Positions 38,056 through 47,834 of a stretch of 64,000 nucleotides of DNA are shown here, piece by piece. Position numbers and translations under genes: made by a program. Source of the DNA: Shackletoniella antarctica (GTDB lineage: Bacteria > Cyanobacteriota > Cyanobacteriia > Phormidesmidales > Phormidesmidaceae); contig QBMN01000001.1 in the NCBI GenBank assembly GCA_003241845.1, positions 1,424 through 65,423 of the forward strand, read 5' to 3'. Numbering within the stretch: the first letter of the stretch is position 1; each line of letters starts with the position of its first letter. Below the pieces are notes generated by a model. The model was not told where the DNA came from and made no database searches. It worked only from the letters and a program-made list of their open reading frames with translations.

Positions 38056-38253
38056 ATTTGATACGCTCTCAATGCGCTACGGTTGGGTAGGTTCACCGTA
38101 GACGTGGATGCTGCCGCCGTCGGTCGGGCAGAGTCGGCTGTTTGGCAGAAGGCAGAATTTCTCAGGAGCGGAAAAAGTCGGAATCGGCACCGTCAGGGAT
38201 GATAGAAAAAATAATCTCGGCTAAAGTTGTGGCCGAAGAGGATACCAGCAGTC

Positions 38254-40707
38254 ATGGCATCAGATGCGGCAGAACTGGCAGACCGGCTTGTCTTCACCGT
38301 TACCGGACGGCATCTGAACGATTTGCAGCGCACCATTTTGCGGCAGGTGTGGCAGGGGCATAAGTATCTCGACATTGCCAACACCGCCGGATACACCGAG
38401 GGCCACATAAAAGATGTGGCCTACCAGATGTGGCGGCTGCTCTCGCGGGTGACCGGGGAAAAGGTGACCAAATCGACCCTCAAGTCGGCCCTGAAGCGAT
38501 CGCTGCTCAAGATGGGCATTGATGTGTCGGGAGCCAGCGCAGCCCTTGGCTTTGGGGATGCGGCGGTTCAATCAGAGTCGCTGCATTTGCCTCCCCAAGC
38601 CCCTCCGCCCAGCTGTACAGAACCCGTAAACCAAACAAATCCAAACTTTGTGGGCCGTCAGGCAGCGATCGCCCACCTCACTAGCCTGATTGCCCAGGGC
38701 CAACGCACCCTTCTCATCCAGGGCGAAGGGGGCCTCGGCAAAACCACCCTGGCCCAGCGCCTGCTTTCCCAGCAGCCCGCCGATCTCACCCTAGAACTGC
38801 TGATGGCCAAAGACCCCGCCGACATTACCCCCGTAGAGTGGGTGGTGGAAGAATGGCTGCGCCAAGACTTTGGCGTCGAGCCGGGGCGCGAGTTTGGCGT
38901 CACCCTTGATCGCCTGCGTCGCCAACTGCGCCAGCAAAACGTCGCCATATTAGTAGACAATCTGGAGCCAGCGCTCGATGCCCAGGGCCAGTTTATCGCC
39001 CCCTACCGTCGCTACGGCGAGCTGCTGCGGGTGCTAGCTGACCGTCGCGGGCAAACGCTGACCTTGATGACCAGCCGCGATCGCCTCTGCGAACCGGGCA
39101 TTCCCGTCACCCACTACCGCCTGCCAGGGTTAGAACTCGCCGCCTGGGCCACCTACTTTGCCCATCAATGTATTCCTGACCACGGAGATGTTCTAGAAGC
39201 TATGCACAGCGCCTACGGCGGCAACGCCAAGGCGATGGAAATTCTCGCTGGAGCGGTGCAGGCCGACTTTGAGGGCAGCCTGGCCCGCTATTGGCAGGCC
39301 CACAGTCAAGATTTGCTGGAGCCAGTAGATTTAAAGAACCTGGTCGAGAGCCAGATTCACCGCCTGCGCGCCCTCGATCCCGAGGCCCACCGCCTCTTTT
39401 GCCGCCTGGGCGTCTACCGCTATCAGGAGGTGCCGACTATCCCTTGGGCTGCGGTGCAGTGCCTCATGGCCGACATTCCCACCCAGCGGCACCAGGCGAT
39501 TGTCACCTCCCTACGCAACCGATCGCTGCTGGAATGTCGCCAGGGTCGCTACGGTTTGCACCCGGTGGTGCGGGCTGGGGCGATCGCTCAACTCACCGCC
39601 AATTCTCCAGGCTCTGCCGAGTGGGAATCGGCTCACCGTGCCGCCGCCCGCTGCTGGAGCGACAGCATTCAGCAGATTGGCACCCTAGACGATGCGACCC
39701 AGGCGCTCGAAGCCTACTATCACTACGTGGCAATTGAAGACTATGGCGCGGCGGCGCGGGTGATATTGCACAGCCGCGACAACCAGTGGCAGCAGTTTTT
39801 GCCCCTGGGCAGCACCCTCTACCGCATGGGCCTGGTGCAGCCCGTCACCGATGCCATTACCGCCATCCTCGACCACATTCCGCAGAATGCCGACGCCAGC
39901 GAGTTGGCGAATATTCTCGGCGACCTGTATTGGATTCAGGGACGCTTGGAGAATGCGATCGCCCGTCAGCAAACTGCCATTGCGATCGCCCAGGGCTGCC
40001 TGCATACCGAAGCCCCCGCCCCCGCCACCCACCGCTGGTACTACCTCACCATGCTGGTGGTCGACTCTCAGCTCAGCCTGGGTCTCTACCATTTAGATCT
40101 GTGGAACCTTGACGCTGCCGCCACCTGGTTTAGCCAGGTGATCGCCACCGCCACCGGCACCCGCCACCAGCCCTGGGCCGCCAAAGCCACCACCTGCCTC
40201 GCCCTGGTCAGGTCATATCAAGGCCAGCAGCCCATGGCCAAAACCCTGGCTGACTCTGTGATTGAGCAAGTGCGAGGCCGGGGCCAGAGCGGTCGTCACG
40301 CCTTCTTTGTGCAGCTTTTGGGCCACACCTATCTCAACCTCGGCGATCTAGATACCGCTGAGTCCCTCTTCAACGCGGCTATCCAAGCGGCGGAGTCAGG
40401 CCACTACCTGCAAATCAAGGCCAACGCGCTGGTGGGACTGGGGCGGCTGAAGGGCCAGCGGGGCGATTTGACCGGGGCGGTGGAAGATTGTCGGAGTGCG
40501 ATCGCCCTGCTCGATGATATCGGTGCCCACGGCGACCTAGCCGCCGCTCACCTGCAATGCGCCCTCACCCTGGTTGGCCTACCGGCGCAGTCTGCCGAAG
40601 CCGAGACTCACCTTTACAAAGCCCTCAACCTATTTCAGGCCATCCCCGCGCCCCAGCAGGTCAACCGCGCCAAACAAGCCTGGAGGCCACAGCCAGAACT
40701 GATCTGA
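38254..40707 (+). CDS. STAND-type P-loop NTPase (NB-ARC-like) with N-terminal HTH-like domain and C-terminal TPR-like repeats
   Basis: N-terminus LNDLQRTILRQVWQGHKYLDIANTAGYTEGHIKDVAYQMW. Walker A GEGGLGKTTLAQ, Walker B AILVDNLE. C-terminal helical repeats (YLNLGDLDTAESLFNAAIQ...). Confidence 0.8.
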   Translation: MASDAAELADRLVFTVTGRHLNDLQRTILRQVWQGHKYLDIANTAGYTEGHIKDVAYQMWRLLSRVTGEKVTKSTLKSALKRSLLKMGIDVSGASAALGFGDAAVQSESLHLPPQAPPPSCTEPVNQTNPNFVGRQAAIAHLTSLIAQGQRTLLIQGEGGLGKTTLAQRLLSQQPADLTLELLMAKDPADITPVEWVVEEWLRQDFGVEPGREFGVTLDRLRRQLRQQNVAILVDNLEPALDAQGQFIAPYRRYGELLRVLADRRGQTLTLMTSRDRLCEPGIPVTHYRLPGLELAAWATYFAHQCIPDHGDVLEAMHSAYGGNAKAMEILAGAVQADFEGSLARYWQAHSQDLLEPVDLKNLVESQIHRLRALDPEAHRLFCRLGVYRYQEVPTIPWAAVQCLMADIPTQRHQAIVTSLRNRSLLECRQGRYGLHPVVRAGAIAQLTANSPGSAEWESAHRAAARCWSDSIQQIGTLDDATQALEAYYHYVAIEDYGAAARVILHSRDNQWQQFLPLGSTLYRMGLVQPVTDAITAILDHIPQNADASELANILGDLYWIQGRLENAIARQQTAIAIAQGCLHTEAPAPATHRWYYLTMLVVDSQLSLGLYHLDLWNLDAAATWFSQVIATATGTRHQPWAAKATTCLALVRSYQGQQPMAKTLADSVIEQVRGRGQSGRHAFFVQLLGHTYLNLGDLDTAESLFNAAIQAAESGHYLQIKANALVGLGRLKGQRGDLTGAVEDCRSAIALLDDIGAHGDLAAAHLQCALTLVGLPAQSAEAETHLYKALNLFQAIPAPQQVNRAKQAWRPQPELI

Positions 40708-40784
40708 GGTCATACCTCAAACGACCTAGATCGCAGGTATCGCGATCGCCCACCTTCGGCAGGGGGATATCTACCCTCAGATTG

Positions 40785-40813
40785 TTTACAAACTGAAACA
40801 TTTCAGTTAATGT
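40785..40813 (+). promoter_or_regulatory. Candidate sigma70-type psbA promoter
   Basis: TTTACA (40785-40790), 17-bp spacer containing palindrome CTGAAACATTTCAG, then TAATGT (40808-40813). This lies ~70 nt upstream of the psbA ATG. Confidence 0.45.
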
Positions 40814-40881
40814 AACGACATACATAACTCGCCCCTCCTCTTGGAAGGGCATTCAGCAAACCTAACTGCACTTATCTCATC

Positions 40882-41943
40882 ATGACCACGACTCTTCAAA
40901 GACAGCAATCTGCCTCCCTGTGGGAGCAGTTTTGCCAGTGGGTCACCAGCACCGAGAACCGCCTGTATGTAGGCTGGTTCGGCGTTCTGATGATTCCTAC
41001 TCTGCTCGCTGCTACCGCCTGCTTCGTCGTCGCCTTCATCGCTGCCCCCCCCGTTGACATCGACGGCATCCGTGAGCCCGTCGCTGGCTCCCTGATGTAC
41101 GGCAACAACATCATCTCCGGTGCGGTTGTGCCCTCGTCTAATGCCATTGGCCTGCACTTCTACCCGATCTGGGAAGCGGCTTCCCTTGATGAGTGGCTGT
41201 ACAACGGTGGCCCTTACCAGTTGGTGATTTTCCACTTCCTCATTGGCATCTTCTGCTACATGGGTCGTGAGTGGGAACTGAGCTACCGCCTCGGCATGCG
41301 TCCCTGGATCTGCGTTGCCTACAGCGCACCCGTGGCCGCTGCCACCGCTGTATTCCTCATCTACCCCCTGGGTCAAGGTTCTTTCTCCGACGGTATGCCT
41401 CTGGGCATCTCGGGCACCTTCAACTTCATGCTGGTGTTCCAGGCTGAGCACAACATTCTGATGCACCCCTTCCACATGTTGGGTGTGGCTGGTGTGTTCG
41501 GTGGCTCCCTGTTCTCCGCCATGCACGGTTCGCTGGTGACCTCGTCTCTGGTGCGTGAAACCACCGAGACCGAGTCTCAGAACTACGGCTACAAGTTTGG
41601 CCAAGAAGAAGAGACCTACAACATCGTTGCGGCCCACGGCTACTTCGGTCGGTTGATCTTCCAATATGCCAGCTTCAACAACAGCCGCAGCCTGCACTTC
41701 TTCTTGGGTGCCTGGCCTGTGATCGGCATCTGGTTTACCTCCCTGGGCATCAGCACCATGGCGTTTAACCTGAACGGGTTCAACTTCAACCAGTCGATTC
41801 TCGACTCTCAGGGTCGGGTGATTGGCACCTGGGCTGACGTAATCAACCGGGCTAACCTGGGTATGGAAGTCATGCACGAGCGCAATGCTCACAACTTCCC
41901 CCTCGACCTGGCTGCTACTCAGGCTCCTGAAATAATCGGCTAG
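40882..41943 (+). CDS. psbA: Photosystem II protein D1
   Basis: 353 aa. [35 protein letters not shown]... is the canonical D1 sequence through the C-terminal extension. Confidence 0.98.
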   Translation: MTTTLQRQQSASLWEQFCQWVTSTENRLYVGWFGVLMIPTLLAATACFVVAFIAAPPVDIDGIREPVAGSLMYGNNIISGAVVPSSNAIGLHFYPIWEAASLDEWLYNGGPYQLVIFHFLIGIFCYMGREWELSYRLGMRPWICVAYSAPVAAATAVFLIYPLGQGSFSDGMPLGISGTFNFMLVFQAEHNILMHPFHMLGVAGVFGGSLFSAMHGSLVTSSLVRETTETESQNYGYKFGQEEETYNIVAAHGYFGRLIFQYASFNNSRSLHFFLGAWPVIGIWFTSLGISTMAFNLNGFNFNQSILDSQGRVIGTWADVINRANLGMEVMHERNAHNFPLDLAATQAPEIIG

Positions 41944-41975
41944 TCTTAGCTGACTACCCCATTGATTGACTAGCC

Positions 41976-42010
41976 AAAAAGCGCTCCCCTCGGGGAGCGC
42001 TTTTTGTTTT
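41976..42010 (+). terminator. Rho-independent terminator of psbA
   Basis: AAAAAGCGCTCCCC-TC-GGGGAGCGC followed by TTTTTGTTTT. Confidence 0.8.
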
Positions 42011-42268
42011 ATTTTGAGCAGCTGTTTAGTCAGGTCCCTGTCGGTAGAAAGCAGTAGACTTCCTGAGCGGTGGGACAATGGAAGATAGCTGCTTGGGGAG
42101 GTGAGCATGGTTCAAGCGGCAGATTTATTGTCCCTGCACCCTCTTTTTTTGCCTACTCCCCCAACCGCTGGATACGCATCTGATCTCTTGCTTCACCTCT
42201 CTTGCTTCACCGCAACGAGGGATCTGGATGGTTCCCCGTTTTCTTTGCTGAAAAAGACTTCCCTGACA

Positions 42269-42734
42269 CTAGCGACAGTAATTGTCAACCGGTTGTGCTG
42301 CCTCGATCGCAATCGGTGACCATTGCCGAATCACAAACTCGCTCAACCCCACATTCTCTGGTCGAGTTGGGTCAATCGTAGCCCAGTCAGCGCGATCGCC
42401 CCAGTCGTAGGTATAGCCCAGCTGAGTCCAGGGGTAGGGCAAAGCGCCAGAATCATCTGCACGGGCGATCGGCTGGCCGTTGTGTTGGTAGCGCTGGTCG
42501 TATTGAGCATAGAACCAGTGCTGATAGCTGATCGGCACCGAGATAAATTCATTGGCGGTGCGAAATGGCATCTTCGACAGCATCCCAATAGGCTGAGGGA
42601 AGCTCGGCAGACGGCCCCGCCTGAGCCTGCACGGGACTCGCGATCGCCCCGCAAACCTCGACCAAACCCAGCGAAATGACGCCGATAGAAAAACGCAGCG
42701 TTTGTCCAGAGCTGAAGACCATGCCACACACCAT
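42269..42734 (-). pseudogene. Secreted hypothetical protein gene split by a frameshift (or a sequencing error)
   Basis: The signal-peptide ORF 42549..42734 (MVFSSGQTLRFSIGVISLGLVEVCGAIASPVQA) ends at ...AISHRQ*. The conserved-looking remainder (NEFISVPISYQHWFY...) continues in another frame (42269..~42570). Confidence 0.45.
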
Positions 42735-42853
42735 AGATATCCTCTGGCTACAGAGTTAAGGTCTGTTTACCAGCTACCGCAGCCTCTGTAGCGTTTAGAG
42801 TACCCGGATGCTGCGATCGCCTGCTGGGTCACAAACACCCGCCGATCTCTGGG

Positions 42854-43120
42854 CTAATTATTCGCTTGCCACCAGGCCCGCAGGTCTTGCACAGCCGCAA
42901 TTTCATCGTCCTTGGCAGTAGCTAAAAAACCATAGAGCCGGTCTTTGGGCACCTGGGGAAAGGTCGAGCTTAGCTCCACCTCACCGTAAACCCCGTCTTG
43001 AAGACCATACACCCGCCAAACTCTGCCGTTGAAACGCCAAAACTCGGGCACCGCTAAGCTGGCATAAAACTGATTTTTGGCGATATCGGTGTGGGTAATG
43101 TCTACCTCAACGGTAGACCG
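42854..43120 (-). pseudogene. C-terminal fragment of a Uma2 family gene
   Basis: Reading frame RSTVEVDITHTDIAKNQFYASLAVPEFWRFNG... equals the Uma2 C-terminal half (compare LAIEADVTSK..YAILEVPEVWIYD at 7019..7684). It begins directly after the brnA stop codon. No N-terminal half is present. Confidence 0.6.
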
Positions 43121-43357
43121 TTAAGCGCCCAAAACAGGGTTGGCATCCAGGCGCTCTGCTAGCCAGAGCTTAATAATGGCCTCGCGTTGAATCCCTAGCC
43201 GCTGGGCTTCCTTATCCAAAGCCGCTACCATCCACTGCGGAAACGTAATTTCAATCGCCTGAGGCTCTAGCCCAGGTCGCCTGAGGGTAGAGAGGTCAAA
43301 GTACTCTAGAACGTCTTCTCCATTATCGAATTTTCGATCCAGGTCTTCAGCGTTCAT
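43121..43357 (-). CDS. brnA: BrnA-type antitoxin (RHH/CopG-like C-terminus)
   Basis: MNAEDLDRKFDNGEDVLEYFD...ITFPQWMVAALDKEAQRLGIQREAIIKLWL. Overlaps the brnT stop. Confidence 0.75.
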   Translation of the reverse strand: MNAEDLDRKFDNGEDVLEYFDLSTLRRPGLEPQAIEITFPQWMVAALDKEAQRLGIQREAIIKLWLAERLDANPVLGA

Positions 43358-43607
43358 ACAGCGATACCTCATGGTCGCGAGAGCGACGTACAGAAATGAT
43401 GCGGACGTTTGTATCTCGGTAGGTAATAATTGCAGACCAGTACTTTCCCTTAATCGTACCCGTTACTAGGAAGCGCGGTTCTACTGCCGATATGGCCTGG
43501 AGTTCTATTCGATACTGATCCTGCCAAAGCAGTTTAGCTGTCTCGAAATCAATGCCGTGCTTTGCTAAGTTGATTTGGCTTTTGTTGGGGTCATATTCAA
43601 ACTGCAC
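43347..43607 (-). CDS. brnT: BrnT family toxin (DUF497)
   Basis: MQFEYDPNKSQINLAKHGIDFETAKLLW...EPRFLVTG...IISVRRSR. Confidence 0.8.
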   Translation of the reverse strand: MQFEYDPNKSQINLAKHGIDFETAKLLWQDQYRIELQAISAVEPRFLVTGTIKGKYWSAIITYRDTNVRIISVRRSRDHEVSLYER

Positions 43608-43709
43608 TACAAAGCCTGGTTAGAAATACCCAGGGAGAATTTTACCTACACTGGGGTTTTGCCAAAATACAGAATTCAGGGTTTTGGCAAAATCCTGGAG
43701 TTTTAACCC

Positions 43710-45299
43710 CTATAGCGGGCGATAGACGCGGTAGTTGATGTTGGGGAAAATGTTGTCCACCACCTCGATTTTCTCTAGCCAGCCGGAGTCGATCTTTTCG
43801 CGCAGAATGTCATCCCACAGCTTTTGAAAGCGCATCAGGTGGGTGCGGGTCCGGCGCACGGCGTAGGGCACCATCGTCCCCGTTCGCATAATAAAGGCCC
43901 AGTCGGAGGATTGCGCCAGCAGCAGCTCCCGCGCCGCCTGGTTGAGGGCGCGCCACTCCAGCTCGTCGGCGGGTTCGCGCTTGGCCAGGTCGATCATGCG
44001 CTCGGCGGCCTTGTGCAGATGGGGGTAGATCCAGGCGTTGGTCTCGTTCAGCCAATATTCATGGAAGCCCTTGTAGCCCCAGCTCGACTGGGAGGGGCGA
44101 CAGACCTGCTGGGTGGGGTGGCCCTGGAGGTAGTCGGTCAGGTGGGTCATCTCGTAGGTGCTTTGGTCAAACCAGCTCTTGCGGAAGAGATAGTCGAGGA
44201 ACCAGGGGCCTTCGTACCACCAGTGGCCAAACAGCTCGGCATCGTAGGGCGAAACGATGATCGGCGGGCGCTGCATGAGGCCGTGCAGGTGGCTGATCTG
44301 CTGCTCGCGGTTATACATAAAGTTGGCGGCGTGCTCGGCGGCTTTTTCTTTGGCCCAGTAGGGGTCGTAGAGCTGTTTGTCGGAGAGGCCCAGCCCCTTG
44401 CCGGTGATTTTGTGATACTTGATGCCCACATTTTTGCGCTGGCCGTTTGGCATGATGTAGGGCTTGATGTATTCGTATTCGGCATCCCAGCCCAGGTCGC
44501 GGTAAAACTCGCGGTACTCTGGCGCGCCGGGGTAGCCCACCTGGGACGACCACACCTGTTGGGAAGATTCGTGATCGCGGCCAAAGGCGGCGACGCCGCT
44601 CTCGGTAAAGATCGGGGAGTAAGAGCCAAACCGGGGCCGGGGGCGGGCGTAGAGAATGCCGTGGCCATCGGTTAAAAAGTAGCGCATACCGGCGTCGGCC
44701 ACCAGGCGTTCTAGGCCTTCGTAGTAGGCGCACTCGGGCAGCCAAATACCGGAGGGCGGGCGGCCAAAGGTGTCTTCGTAGTGCTCGGCGGCGACCTGAA
44801 TCTGCGCCCAGACGGCCTCGGGGTACATTTTCATCAGCGGCAGGTAGCCGTGGGTGGCCCCGCAGGTGATGATATCGAGGTTGTTGCTGTCTTGGTATTG
44901 CTTAAAGGCGGTGACCAGGTTGCCGCTGTAGCTCTCCCACAGGTTGCGGACGTGGTTAAACTCCTGGGCGTAGGTTTCGGCCAGGTGCTGCATGTGGCCG
45001 TTGTGGACGTGGCGCTCAACCTCTAGCTCGGTGAGCTCTTCGAGCATGGCCAGGTGGTTGTCGAAGCGCTCTTGCAGCAGCGGGTCTTGCAGCATGGAGA
45101 CCAGGGGCGGAGTCATGCTCATGGTGAGCTTGAAGTCGACGCCGTCGCGCTTTAGCCCCTCAAACATGCTGAGCAGCGGCACGTAGGTCTCGATGATGGC
45201 CTCGTAGAGCCATTCTTCTTCGAGCACGTAGTCACTCTCGGGGTGACGCACGTAGGGCAGGTGGGCGTGGAGTACGAGCGCGAGATATCCGGTAGCCAT
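43710..45299 (-). CDS. Glycoside hydrolase family 57 protein (alpha-glucan branching-enzyme-like)
   Basis: GYLALVLHAHLPYVRHPE N-terminus, WLPECAY and SPYDAELFGHWWYEG motifs. Confidence 0.9.
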   Translation of the reverse strand: MATGYLALVLHAHLPYVRHPESDYVLEEEWLYEAIIETYVPLLSMFEGLKRDGVDFKLTMSMTPPLVSMLQDPLLQERFDNHLAMLEELTELEVERHVHNGHMQHLAETYAQEFNHVRNLWESYSGNLVTAFKQYQDSNNLDIITCGATHGYLPLMKMYPEAVWAQIQVAAEHYEDTFGRPPSGIWLPECAYYEGLERLVADAGMRYFLTDGHGILYARPRPRFGSYSPIFTESGVAAFGRDHESSQQVWSSQVGYPGAPEYREFYRDLGWDAEYEYIKPYIMPNGQRKNVGIKYHKITGKGLGLSDKQLYDPYWAKEKAAEHAANFMYNREQQISHLHGLMQRPPIIVSPYDAELFGHWWYEGPWFLDYLFRKSWFDQSTYEMTHLTDYLQGHPTQQVCRPSQSSWGYKGFHEYWLNETNAWIYPHLHKAAERMIDLAKREPADELEWRALNQAARELLLAQSSDWAFIMRTGTMVPYAVRRTRTHLMRFQKLWDDILREKIDSGWLEKIEVVDNIFPNINYRVYRPL

Positions 45300-45696
45300 A
45301 GGGTGCTGCTGAAGGAGTTAACTTGGTGCCGAGCCGTCGGGAGGGTTACCGCCGTTGACCAAATTCTAGAGCAAAAGGTAAACGCTAACGGCTGTGTAGG
45401 CTGCATCTACCCGCTGGGGCTGCTTTGGCGGGCTATTTGTATAGAACCCATTGGCGATCGCCCATTTGAGATCGCCCAGCGGCGGCGGCAAGTCGTTTGA
45501 GCAATAGCCTGATGCTTCGGCGGCAGCACCGGCAACAGCGGCTCAAGGCTTCCCATGCAGAATCGCTCAGGCGGCTCGAATAGGCCAGGGTTCTTAGAGT
45601 AAACTTTACTTAACATTCCGCGCAAACGTAACTCGCAAACGCCAAAAGATCTGAGATGGGCTCCGTAGACGCTTCTCTGCCCTATCGTGCTCCCGT

Positions 45697-47448
45697 ATGA
45701 CCGCTGAACCCAACTTTGTTCTTGATCTCACCCTGGCCCTGGGGTGCTCTGCCATTGGCGGTTACATTGCCCATCGACTCAAGCAGCCGGCGCTGCTGGG
45801 CTATCTGCTTACCGGGCTGGTGATTGGCCCCTTTGGGCTGGGTCTACAGACCGATGTGGAGCAAATTCAGGGACTGGCCGAGGTGGGCATTGCTTTTTTG
45901 CTGTTTGCCCTGGGGGTCGAGTTTTCGCTGACAGAGCTGAAGCGGGTGCGGGCGATCGCCCTCCAAGGCAGCCTGCTACAAATTGGGCTAACCACCCTGC
46001 TGGTGTGCTCGGTGTCGCTGCTGTCGGGCACAGCCAACTCACCGCTTGAGGGCATTTTTCTGGGGCTGGTGCTGTCGCTGTCGTCCACGGCGGTGGTGCT
46101 CAAAACCCTGACTGATCGCGGCGAAACCGCCACCGTTCACGGCCAGGTGATGCTGGGTCTGCTGATTGCCCAAGACATTGCCCTGGGCCTGATGCTGGCG
46201 GTGCTGCCGGTGCTCAACCAGCCCGACGCCCTGGGGCCAGCCCTGGCGATCGCAGCGCTGAAGTTTGGGCTGTTTTTGGCCGGGGCGATCGCCCTGGGTC
46301 GCTGGGTGGTGCCGCCGCTGATTCAGCACATTGCCGCCACCGAGAGCAGCGAGCTGTTTTTGCTCACGGTGGTTGCCCTCTGCCTGGGCATCGCCTGGAT
46401 CACCTCTAAACTGGGCCTCTCTATCGCCATGGGTGCCTTCGTCGCCGGGCTGATGATCTCTGAAATTGACTACGCTGACCAGGCTCTGGGCAAAATTTTG
46501 CCCCTGCGCGACACCTTTGCCTGCCTGTTTTTTGCCTCCATCGGCATGCTGATCGACCCAGGGCTGATTTTTAGCAACCTGGGCAAAATCTTAGAGCTGG
46601 TGGCGCTGATCATGGTGGGCAAGGCGCTGATTATTTTGCCCATCGTGATGGGGTTTGGCTATTCGCTCAAAACAGCAATCAAGGCCAGCTTTGGCCTCAA
46701 CCAAATCGGCGAATTTTCATTTGTGCTGGCGCTGATGGGGCTAGAGCTGGGGCTGATCACCGAGCAGCGCTACTCGCTGCTGCTGGGGACGATCGCCATT
46801 TCCCTCATGCTCACCCCCCTGTGGATCAACCTGGCCCCCAAGGTATCTGACTGGATCCATACCCTGCCGGTAGTAAAAGATTTTCTCAACCAGGCGGAGG
46901 AACCCAAGCTGCTGTCGGTGCCCGGCGACCTGTGCGACCACGTGATTGTAGCGGGCTATGGCCGGGTGGGGGAGGTGCTGGTCAACGTGCTGCTCAGCCG
47001 GGGCTACCCGGTGCTGGTGGTCGAAAACAGCGAAACCGCCATCCAGCGCCTGCGCAACCGCCACCCGCCCCTGGTGCAAATTCCCTACGTCTACGGCGAC
47101 GCCGACAGCGAGCTGGTGCTCGAAAAAACCTATCTAGAGACCGCCAAGGCTCTGGCCATCACCCTGCCCGACCCCGCCACCACCCGATTGGTGCTGCAGC
47201 GGGCGCTACTCAGAGTGCCAGAGCTGGATATCATCGCGCGATCGCACACCAACGAAGAAATCGACGTACTCACCCAGCTGGGCGCTAGGGAGGTGGTGCA
47301 GCCCGAGTTTGAGGCTGCCCTAGAGCTAGGCTCTCACCTGCTCAACACCCTGGGCGAAAAGTCTGTAGAAATCCAGTCGGTGCTGGGTTGGATTCGCCAA
47401 GACCGCTACCGCAGCATTCGCCCGGTGGCCCAGGTGGGCGAGGGGTGA
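45697..47448 (+). CDS. CPA2 family cation:proton antiporter with C-terminal RCK/TrkA-N domain (KefB/KefC-like)
   Basis: ~12 TM segments followed by HVIVAGYGRVGEVL Rossmann motif. Confidence 0.88.
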   Translation: MTAEPNFVLDLTLALGCSAIGGYIAHRLKQPALLGYLLTGLVIGPFGLGLQTDVEQIQGLAEVGIAFLLFALGVEFSLTELKRVRAIALQGSLLQIGLTTLLVCSVSLLSGTANSPLEGIFLGLVLSLSSTAVVLKTLTDRGETATVHGQVMLGLLIAQDIALGLMLAVLPVLNQPDALGPALAIAALKFGLFLAGAIALGRWVVPPLIQHIAATESSELFLLTVVALCLGIAWITSKLGLSIAMGAFVAGLMISEIDYADQALGKILPLRDTFACLFFASIGMLIDPGLIFSNLGKILELVALIMVGKALIILPIVMGFGYSLKTAIKASFGLNQIGEFSFVLALMGLELGLITEQRYSLLLGTIAISLMLTPLWINLAPKVSDWIHTLPVVKDFLNQAEEPKLLSVPGDLCDHVIVAGYGRVGEVLVNVLLSRGYPVLVVENSETAIQRLRNRHPPLVQIPYVYGDADSELVLEKTYLETAKALAITLPDPATTRLVLQRALLRVPELDIIARSHTNEEIDVLTQLGAREVVQPEFEAALELGSHLLNTLGEKSVEIQSVLGWIRQDRYRSIRPVAQVGEG

Positions 47449-47476
47449 GGTGGGACATGGCGTATAGCCATCGCCC

Positions 47477-47752
47477 CAGGGGTGTAGGTCATGTCTACCC
47501 CTGTTGAGGTAGCTGTCGAATACAGCAAAATCTCCAGAACGGTGATGATTTACCGGTCTTCGTCTACGACCACCAGGGAGTAAATTCCCTGGCTCATCGC
47601 TCAAGTCTGCTAAAGCAGACTGGGGTAGTCGGCCCACAATCCTCTTCAGAGGATTTCTGCTTTGAGCCTGGGACTTTCAGTCCTAGGCTCAGCGGCCAAT
47701 CTGGCGATCCCGACCTTCGGTCTGGGTCACTTAACAGGGGTGTAGGTCATGT
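47477..47752. repeat. 18-bp perfect direct repeats bracketing four consecutive stem-loops (MITE or structured RNA candidate)
   Basis: CAGGGGTGTAGGTCATGT at 47477-47494 and 47735-47752. Hairpins at 47604-47621, 47638-47655, 47664-47690 and 47709-47726. Confidence 0.6.
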
Positions 47753-47834
47753 GCTAACCGTTCTAGCGATGGCCATCGCCATCAGCCACCAGCCGGAAGA
47801 CTAAAATGAAAACCTAGGTCTGAGAGGCATTGCC

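Noticed and set aside
40807-42108. 433-aa ORF on the minus strand
   Set aside because: It is entirely antisense to psbA, whose identity is unambiguous. Long antisense ORFs are expected in GC-rich, codon-biased genes, and the peptide has no recognisable motif.
43824-44745. 283-aa plus-strand ORF and 140-170-aa minus-strand alternative-frame ORFs
   Set aside because: They overlap the well-supported GH57 gene (43710..45299, minus strand). They have no motifs and show the compositional artefact pattern.
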